DNA of 64,000 nucleotides from Owenia fusiformis (Eukaryota): NCBI GenBank assembly GCA_903813345.2, contig CAIIXF020000001.1, positions 47,306,001 to 47,370,000 of the forward strand, read 5' to 3'. Shown piece by piece: positions 1 to 8,801 of this stretch (position 1 is its first letter; each line of letters starts with the position of its first letter). The notes under the pieces were generated by a model. It saw only the letters and a program-made list of their open reading frames with translations, ran no database searches and was not told where the DNA came from. The position numbers and the translations under genes were made by a program.

Positions 1-205
1 GCTTACATGTATAACGTCAAATCATACATGTGGATTAGTTCTATCTACTTGTTGATCAAAATATTTAGGTATATCAACCCTATAATCAAAACATTTCATA
101 TAAATATTTGTTTTGATTATGCAAATATATTTAGAACCACCTATTGAAGCTCTTTAGTCATTCTAACAAAGGTCCAGCAACTCGAACGATAGAGTTGTGT
201 AATCT

Positions 206-3200
206 TTATTCTAAGAGCCTTTTAAGAATCATGTACAGCTCATTAGTCGACCCAGATTCCTCTCTCTTCTCGGCTGTAGCTGCAATCAAATATTGAAATT
301 ACCACTGATATCAACGCAAATGAATCAGATTGAGACCACGTAGGGAACATTTTAGTATTACAAATTAAATTTTAAAATGTTCGCACTTAGAAAAAGTCTG
401 ATGTATGACTTTTACAAAAAGTCTCCAATGAAAATTGTGTAATTAGCGATGTTCCTCAGGTTCTATTCAATTTTAGGTCCCATTTTGTTTCTCTTATTCA
501 TAAATGACCCCCATGTAGTATATTCCAAATGTTATATTCATGCTGTGTACGCTCCAAAGTTCATAGTTTCAAATGTTCTCTTACCTGGTTTGGCTTTGCA
601 TACACGATCCAGAATGGCATAGTCTTGGGAACAACATGGAGCATCTTTGGTGCATACAGAAGAAGTGTCAGAGACACAGCATTTCCCTCTGCAAGAACTA
701 CCGTCTCCATTTACAGATGTACAGCTTCCGCCAACATTAGTGTAAGCACGCGTAGATCGACCAAGTGCCAAGTCTAGCGTTGCCAATGTCATCTCTCTCT
801 TCTGGGCCTGTGCATTATTTTGATTATCTGCTCCTTTGGCTGCAATCGAAGAATATGGTCTTGAATTAAACACCCATATTCAACGAAAACGTAACATTCA
901 AGAGAATGCCAAGCACATATAATACATATTGTCAAAAGCAAAAGAAACACAAAATAGAACTCATATTATCTCTTGCTGGTTTTTGGAGGAGATTGGTAAG
1001 GTGGACACAAAACGTTTGTACGCAGACTTATCTTTAAAGGCTTGGGCTATATTATTTTCATACCTGGTTTGGCTTTGCATACACGATCCAGAATGGCATA
1101 GTCTTGGGAACAACATGGAGCATCTTTGGTGCATACAGAAGAAGTGTCAGAGACACAGCATTTCCCTCTGCAGGAACTACCGTCTCCATTTACAGATGTA
1201 CAGCTTCCGCCAACATCAGTGTAAGCACGCGTAGAACGACCAAGTGCCACGTCTAACGTTGCCAATGTCATCTCTCTCTTCTGGGCCTGTACATTATTTT
1301 GATTATTTGCTCCTTTGGCTGTAATGGAAAAGGGTAACTGGTCAACTCGTACCCAAGACAACTCGTACCAAAGACAACTCGTACCCAAGTATATATTTTG
1401 TTTTGAATCAAGCGTTGGACTGGGAATGTGAATAGATATACATATTATAATTGTAACATACTGTTCAGAATAGTTTAAAGTTTGAAGAAGAATTTTCGGA
1501 AGAAATTGATTTAATTTTGTGACATTTTGAGCTGAGTGTCAATTTATATTGACTATTATTTTATATTGGTCACAAATTCAGGATGTTCGAGTGAAGAGAC
1601 ATATGTTTATTCCACATATTCATAATCATTTTTCAAAATATTGTATGTCTATGAGTGTTTGGAAAAAGTGTCAGATCTAATGTTGTAATTATATTTATTA
1701 ATATATATGTTTGACAAAATAATGTTGAGAACAAGTGCTTCAAGCACTTCTTTTATTTAATAAAAAATGCTTTGATGATCCATTGAGAAAAAATGTCTTC
1801 TAAATTCAAAAAAATATTAAGGCTTATTTGATTCACATTATAACATGAAAGCATTACAAACTCAATTTTTTCCCTAATATGCACCCATAATACTGAAAAT
1901 AATCTTTGGTGCGAGTTGTCTTGGGTACGAGTTGACTAGGAAGCATTGAAAAGTATGGTCTTGAATTAAACACCCATATTCAACGAAAATGTACCATTCA
2001 AGAGAATGCCAAGCTCGACTTATTTTCTTGGCACATAATACATATTTTCAAAGTCAAAAGCAAAAGAAACAAAATAGAACTCATATTATCACTTGCTGGT
2101 TTTTTGGAGGAGATGGGTAAGGTGGACACAAAACGTTTGTGCCAAGACTTATCTTTAAATGCTTGGGCTATATTATTTTCATACCTGGTTTGGCTTTGCA
2201 TACGCGATCCAGAATGGCATAGTCCTGGGAACAACATGGAGCATCTTCGGTGCATACAGAAGAACTGTCAGAGACACAGCATTTCCCTCTGCAGGAACTA
2301 CCGTCTCCATTTACAGCTGCACAGCTTCCGCCAACATCAGTGTAAGCACGCGTAGAACGACCAAGTGCCAAGTCTAGCGTTGCCAATGTCATCTCTCTCT
2401 TCTGGGCTTGTACATTATTTTGATTATTTGCTCCCTTGGCTGAAATTGAGAGAATATAGCTTGATTCTTCTTTATAAATAGGTTAGGACAGGCTTTAACG
2501 ACGTTTTGTGTATTATGGCAAACATCAATTTAACTTATCGATCAAGGAAAAGCGAAAAAACAATGTACAGTATGTGCTAAAAATCGTCCATGTCTGTATT
2601 TGTTTCTACATTGATTTTGGAAATTATTTTGCTCTATGCACAGGAAACACTTCTGTCCCTGACACAATTGTTCCGAAAATGACTTAAATAAAGAATGAAT
2701 GAGCTTCAAGGATTAATAAATAAGAAAGGTGAACAGGCACATTGGGACTCAGTTATCGTAAAGGATAGTGTTCTTCAAGTTGCCCTTCCACTCAGAGGAT
2801 GATTAACAGAAACCTCGTGAATTAATTCATTTACAAATGTTATTTAATCGATCAAATGCATTGTAAAGCAAATTATTTTCTCTAAACCATTTGATAGATC
2901 AAGCAGGGGTTATATTTTTCCAACCATACAATAAGTTTTATAACATTTTAAAGATGCGATGTCAAAATGAGAAAATCCTTTTCTAAGTATGCTAAACTTT
3001 CACAATGAATCTAAATCTAAATGTCAAGACCTGACCCAAATGCCGAGACCTGGCTAAACTAATGTGATACTAAGGAAAAAATACTCTTAAAACCTTTGGG
3101 CCTTAATCTGTCCAAAATGGTTGCCACATACCAGCATGGGATTTCAGCTAGAAGGGTAGGCAACTTCCCATATTTCATACATAAGCATTGCCTTTGGGTT

Positions 3201-3383
3201 TTCAAAATTGGAGAATGTACACAGTCCAAGAAAATCTTATTTTGTCTAATTGAAAGCCCATGATACCAGACTACTTTTTGACTTTTTAATTCTTGGCTGT
3301 TCTTACTTACAAGATGGGTACGACTGGGCTGCAGCCATCGTCAGCCCGAATACGATTATTGTCATCATAGTGATAGCTTCCAT
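206..3383 (-). CDS. Secreted cysteine-rich multi-peptide precursor (toxin/antimicrobial-peptide-like), 303 aa, 5 coding exons
   Basis: Coding exons (minus): 3383-3311 (MEAITMMTIIVFGLTMAAAQSYPS, hydrophobic signal peptide, donor GTAAGT), 2439-2185, 1318-1064, 839-585 (each 255 nt, phase 1-1, CAG acceptors, GTATGA/GTAAGA donors) and 279-206 (ATAEKREESGSTNELYMILKRLLE-stop). Total 912 nt, open throughout. Each repeat exon encodes ...KR-EMTLATLDLALG-RSTR-AYTDVGGSCTSVNGDGSSCRGKCCVSDTSSVCTKDAPCCSQDYAILDRVCKAKP with a few substitutions. The function is inferred. Confidence 0.85.
585..2439 (-). repeat. Triplicated exon plus flanking intron (tandem exon duplication)
   Basis: Three 255-bp copies at 585-839, 1064-1318 and 2185-2439. 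The latter two differ at 10 positions by my manual comparison. Intron 854-1063 is also repeated at about 1954-2184. Confidence 0.95.
1333..1944. mobile_element. Non-autonomous TIR element (Mutator-like MITE) with subterminal 16-bp tandem repeats
   Basis: Left end ggtaactggtcaactcgtacccaagacaactcgtaccaaaga is inverted at the right end (tctttggtgcgagttgtcttgggtacgagttgactag). It has a 9-bp TSD with one mismatch (atggaaaag 1324-1332 / attgaaaag 1945-1953). The paralogous intron at 841-860 is the empty site. Confidence 0.75.
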
Positions 3384-3839
3384 AGCTTTCTGTGTCTTGT
3401 TTGACTCTACCTACAACAATCATTGATAAACAATCAGATCTTAGAAAGGTTGATAAGGATTTGATGAAAAACTGGTACGAAATCCGTTTTCTTCAAATTC
3501 TTGTTGATAAAGGGGCCAATGTATATTTTGTTTGTTTCATAGCAGCTGTGCACTTTGAAATGGTATATATTTTGTAGTGGATGTAGGAATTGCAGGTTCT
3601 AACTGAACTATCCCGGCTTAGGTTGTTTGTAAATATCTAAGATAAGTTAAAAACACAGTTTATAAAAAATCTAGTATTTTGGTGAAAGATTCTTAACTAT
3701 TAAACTGACTTTCAAATCGAGTTGATCGATAGTTCTGACACCGGCATTTTAATTATAATTCAGTTTTACTAGATTACTAGAGTAATTTTCCAACCTATTT
3801 TATTCCAACTTTGCAAGATAAAACAAGTTTAAAACTTAC

Positions 3840-3905
3840 CTGCACGAATGTATCCAATGAATGAGGTGACTCGTCTCTCCAACAATTTACACAGCTGACT
3901 GCTGA
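3840..3905 (-). other. Probable 5'-UTR exon and core promoter region of the cysteine-rich precursor gene
   Basis: Strong donor CAG|GTAAGT at 3840/3839, no in-frame ATG, and a TTTAAAATA box just upstream. The matching acceptor TTGTAG opens the signal-peptide exon at 3410. The 5' limit is approximate. Confidence 0.5.
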
Positions 3906-4275
3906 CCGCACTCGACCACTTATTATTTTAAAGGTATACTAGTAACCAGGAATGGATTATGACCTTTTCGAAATAGTACAAATTTTAGAATGTTTTTCAT
4001 GAAAAACAACAATGTTAATCCTTTTTGATAAAATTCATAAAAGATGTTTACACAAAGGATCATTTAAGCTGATTTATGGAATAATTTTCAACTTTTCTTC
4101 AAAAAGTTCCCCCATTTAAGGGCATATTCTACCTTTAAATACCGGGCGAGACAGGTTGTGATTGTGATGAACGCACATATACCTTCTATTCAATACAGGC
4201 ACGATTTATTGTGTTGATAGTAAGGATTGTCAACTACAGCTGATACTTACCTTACAATGTTGCACACTTCTTATA

Positions 4276-5250
4276 CAGGGTGACCCAAAAAAAAATGCAA
4301 CCCTCCATTTCTTCAATATCTTAAATGGAGGTCAATTGCTCTGAAATTTGGAACACAAGGACTTCATTCAATGTGGGATCCTCTGGCAAAGTTTTAATAA
4401 TCATAGCCTTATATTGATAGAGTTATGGTTGTTTCAAAATATGCTCCAAATGTCGTCCATTTCCAATGTTAGGTTTTCGGATGAATCACATTCTCTTCTT
4501 TCTGAACATGTTAACTCAAGAAATAATGTGTTCTGGGATCACAAATTCCAGATGAAGTGCTTCAAAGGCCCCTTCATTCTGTTTAATGCACAGCTTGGGC
4601 TGCCAATTTCCAAACATGAAATCATCAGCCACTTTTGGTTTGAGGTTGATAATGGCAACACTGTTACTGTTAACACACAGCGCAATATTGGCATTCCCAG
4701 GAAGTTTTAGGCAGTTCTAGAGAGACATAGAGGCTTCAATAGACAAGAACAGTGGTTCTTGAAGGATGGAGCTACTCCTCACACTTCTAATGATAGCATA
4801 GCCTGGCTCACTAGTCATTTCTATGAGAAGATTATCCCTCCTAGGACGGAGAACCCATAGTCATCCCACAGTCTTGATCTCAATGCCCCTGACTTCAATA
4901 TATATGGGATTGTTTAAAGGATAATGTGTATGAAAATAACCCTACCGCAATTGCAGAACTCCAACAAGCAATGGCTGCAAAATTTGAGCCATACCCATGG
5001 GGAAGAATGCATCCGTGTTATGGACAGTTTTCCTTGAACATTGCAAGTTTGTTTTCAGCGAGATTGAGGACATCTGGAGCATATTTTGAAACAACCATAA
5101 CTCTATCAATATAAGGCTATGATTATTAAAACTTTGCCAGAGGATCCCACATTGAATGAAGTCCCTGTGTGCCAAATCTCAGAGCAATTGACCTCCATTT
5201 AAGAAAAATATAGAAGAAATGGAGGGTTGCATTTTTTTGGGGTCACCCTG
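4276..5250 (+). mobile_element. Tc1/mariner element, DD41D (rosa/VS-type) relic with long TIRs and a deleted, broken transposase
   Basis: TA|CAGGGTGACCC...GGTCACCCTG|TA with about 180-bp TIRs. Internal remnants FSDESH..VNSRN, WFLKDGATPH and SLDLNAPDF give 41 residues between the 2nd and 3rd catalytic Asp. There is an in-frame stop (TAG at 4858-4860), frameshifts, and no N-terminal DNA-binding domain. Confidence 0.85.
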
Positions 5251-5421
5251 TATATAGGACCATGTCGAGAATGCATATGTTTTTGCTTTCCCTTTAAGGG
5301 AACCTTTAAGATCCGGCTTAAGGATTGCAGAGGATTACTATAAGTACGCTATAGGTACACATACGAAATCGTCAATACAATTAAGACGTCTATAAAGATC
5401 TCGGTCTTCGTTTAACATGTA

Positions 5422-6459
5422 CAGGGTGTTCCAAAAGTAACAGGACTGGTGCTGGCATTTTGTCAATTTTGCACTGAGTGTCTTCAAATTTTCACAAATT
5501 GTACTTTGAAGTATTGCAACTAAAATTTTAAAGTTTCAGAAAAAAAGATGAAATGCGGTTAGAGTTATGGTTGCTATAGAAACATGACATCACAATACCC
5601 GGGGCAACTTTTCCGTGAAAATATGATATCTCACATTTTTGTATTACTGAACATCTCTTGTTTATTGTATCAGTTCCTTTGTTGTAAAGGTGTTGCATAT
5701 ACAACTCAGATTCAAGTATAATTTCATAATGATAATAATATTTATTCAATTTCCTGGAATATCACTATGTATAAGGGTCTGGACAATTCACGGTTGAGTT
5801 TTTGAAAAGACCCAATTTGAAGCCAGTCATCTACCTTGATAGCGCGCCTGCCCGCAGGTCACCATTTAAGACCATGCAGCTATAGAGGAGCTAGGTCTTG
5901 AGTCTAAAACCACGCCCCATACTCCTCTGATCATGCAATATCTAATGTTTACTTATATTGAGAATGGAATGCTAATCAGTGCTGTAGGACCTTTAAAGAT
6001 GGGAATGACCTTCTCCAAATTGTCCAATTGGCCCTGCGTGACATGTCATCAAATGGGTTCACTCGTGTGTTTGGGTCATGGATACAGAGTACTACTCTTG
6101 TACTCACCAAAGAGGAGCCTATTTTTCAAAGTAGAGGATACATAGGAATATCAAATGATGTAAAACAAATGTAATTCCCACCAGTTGCTGCATTTCAACT
6201 TTGATATGGCATGTACAAAATGATATGGCATGTACAAAATGTTTAATGTCTCTGTAACTTTTTGCGTGGAATATTGCCCCGGGTATTGTGATTTCATGTT
6301 ACTATAGCAATCATAACTCTACCCGAGTTTCATATATTTTGTCGAAACTTTGCAGTCTTAGTAACGATACATGAAAGTACATTATGTAAAATTTTGAAGA
6401 CGATTGGTGCATATTAAACAAAATGCCAGCACCAGTCCTGTTACTTTTGGAACACCCTG
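5422..6459. mobile_element. Non-autonomous Tc1/mariner-type element
   Basis: TA|CAGGGTGTTCCAAAAGTAACAGGACTGGTGCTGGCATTTT...AAAATGCCAGCACCAGTCCTGTTACTTTTGGAACACCCTG|TA. Imperfect inverted similarity extends about 200 bp. No coding capacity. Confidence 0.85.
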
Positions 6460-6930
6460 TATTTCGACATAATTCATAATAATTTTTATATATTCTTATT
6501 GCTATTATATCAGCCAAGTATTTAAACTGAACTTTGGAATGGAATTTTTTCAATTTTAGCGAGAATATTACTAGAACCTATTTAGAGACTTCATGACATA
6601 TTCTACAATATTTAAACAGCCAACTTATTTTACAGAGGAAGAAACCTTTTGAACGATTGTGTTTGTGAAAGGCCATCTCGTCGCGATAAATCCATATCCA
6701 AACCTTGGGAGTAACACAAATAGTGTTCAATTCGGTCTAGGTTCAATATTGAGCCAGGTTTCTAGATTTCATTCAAGGGTATGTACACTAATGCACCAAA
6801 TAAAATAACAAGAAATGCCATTTTTGTCAGCAATATTAACAATATGCAATTTTGGCAGCATTAATGCAAAAATGTCCTGAATAAATAAACCTCACAAATC
6901 ACTGCACAGTACCATGCAATGTCCAAAATA

Positions 6931-7258
6931 ATAGTACAAAAACCTCATTTCGAAGGGCAATATAGTGAAATATTGGACCGAGGGCCTGAGGGCCTTCGCC
7001 CCGGCTCGGTCCAATATTTCACTATATTGCCCTTCGAAATGACGTTATTAGTATTATTACCGTTAATGACCAGGACTGAAATAGCAAGAAAATCTTACGC
7101 ACTGAACGATATCTAATTTCCCGGGGAATTAATTGCATTATTGACCGCCATTATGGACTGCCACTATGACGTCACATATTGCTCAGGTCTATAAAATGAA
7201 TGCCTTTTAAACTAGCACTAAAACGCCAAGAACTGGCCAGGCAAGGTGGTAATAATGA
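6931..7258 (+). mobile_element. About 330-bp dispersed element with a terminal ~100-bp hairpin
   Basis: Stem tcatttcgaagggcaatatagtgaaatattggaccgag / ctcggtccaatatttcactatattgcccttcgaaatga. The whole element recurs inverted at about 16713-17048. Confidence 0.75.
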
Positions 7259-7477
7259 TCATGCTTGTGTTTATTACCCTGCTGTCCAAGAGAGAAGTAC
7301 CAATGACTAAAAGAAGCATATTTAAACAATTGATACAGATTATGTTCTGCCTTTCGACATCAACACAACATGTACGAGTGTCGTTCAATAATACAAACTC
7401 TTATTTCAACCTTCATCACGGAAAGTTCACAAATTGGAATGAAGGTTTAACATTGACCCGGTATCGCGTGTACTTTA

Positions 7478-7613
7478 TGCCGTGGTCACGTTTGCTAATC
7501 TCCAATATCGCGCTCGGCCGATGACTATTTTGTTAAAAACTGAATTCAATTTTGAAAATGCTCATTTAGGCCAGGCGCCGCACTAAAAATCGGAGCAAAA
7601 GTGACCACACCAT
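7478..7613. mobile_element. Degenerate copy of the TGCCTTGGTCACATTTGCT palindromic MITE family
   Basis: tgccgtggtcacgtttgct...cggagcaaaagtgaccac resembles the copies at about 37598 and 51982. Confidence 0.5.
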
Positions 7614-8054
7614 TATCATATGCACCATTCAGGATCAACAAAATATTGGTTTGATTTGTAATACAAAATTGTTTATTTGATATAACATTCATTATTCTTT
7701 CATGTAAACAAATAATGCGTATGCGCTGCTGGTCAAATAATAGGAATATATTGACGTCTTTATCTAAAAGTTATTAATTATTATCATATCTTTAATACCA
7801 CCATTTGATGATTAATATATATAATACAACTGTAACTATAAATAAGTGAAAAAGATGAAAGGATTATAAGTAATTTGTGAAAAGGTATATAAATTATCAT
7901 CTAGAATTTGTATGTCCTTCTTAGCACAGACCATCTATCCAAGCTACTAAATGATATATTGTCCATCTGTATACATCGTGTGTACTGTATTTCTTGCCAA
8001 ATAAGTAATATCCTTATTATCACATATTATGTTAAACTATATACATTATGTAAA

Positions 8055-8591
8055 TATATAGAGATTATCCAATATGAGGTTCAGAATATTGGGATTATCC
8101 CGAGGCCAATATAATATATTTGCCCGAGGGCCGCAGGTCCCGAGGGAAAATATATTATATTTACCAAGGGATAATCCCAATATCCTGAACCGACTATAGG
8201 ATAATATTTTTTATCCCATACCAATCTTGGTCATCTGGTTCACATTGTTCAATCGTGGAAATATTTTAGAATATTCATGTCCAGTTTTGTTTTCTTGGCC
8301 GTGGGCGGATTTCTCTGTTCTCTCAAATATTCCCACATCTATTTTCTCGAAAGAAAACAAAACTGGACATGAATATTCTAAAACATTTCCACGATTGAAC
8401 AATGTAAACCAGATGACCAAGATTGGTATGGGATAAACATATTATCCTATAGTCGGTTCAGGATATTGGGATTATCCCTTGGCCAATATAATATATTTTC
8501 CCTCGGGACCTGCAGCCCCCGGGGAAATATATTATATTGGCCTCGGGATAATCCCAATATCCTGAACCTCATATAGGATAATCTCTATATA
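8055..8591. repeat. Near-perfect 537-bp foldback palindrome with nested hairpins (palindromic MITE)
   Basis: Arms of about 240 bp (8055-8296 / 8351-8591) surround a ~55-nt loop, and each arm holds its own ~130-bp hairpin. The mirror-image ORFs 8211-8420(-) and 8227-8436(+) reflect this symmetry. Confidence 0.9.
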
Positions 8592-8801
8592 CTAATTTAC
8601 TTAAGATGAATATTCTAAAATGCATTGAAAAATCAAATATTGGTCATAGAATATGGACGTTACGTACTTAAATGGTAACTATTCTTGAACATCAAATTGC
8701 TATTAGATATACAAATACACGTGCTGTACGTGTACGTAATAATCTTAAAAGTCACTACTCTGCATTTAATAAATATAGGTCCCTGTTCGTCGAAATAGTG
8801 C

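Noticed and set aside
529..2377. Plus-strand ORFs 529-777, 929-1234, 2104-2355 and 2159-2377
   Set aside because: They are antisense shadows of the repeated minus-strand exons and have no splice or signal-peptide logic of their own.
8211..8436. Two nearly identical 69-aa ORFs on opposite strands
   Set aside because: They are an artefact of the DNA palindrome.
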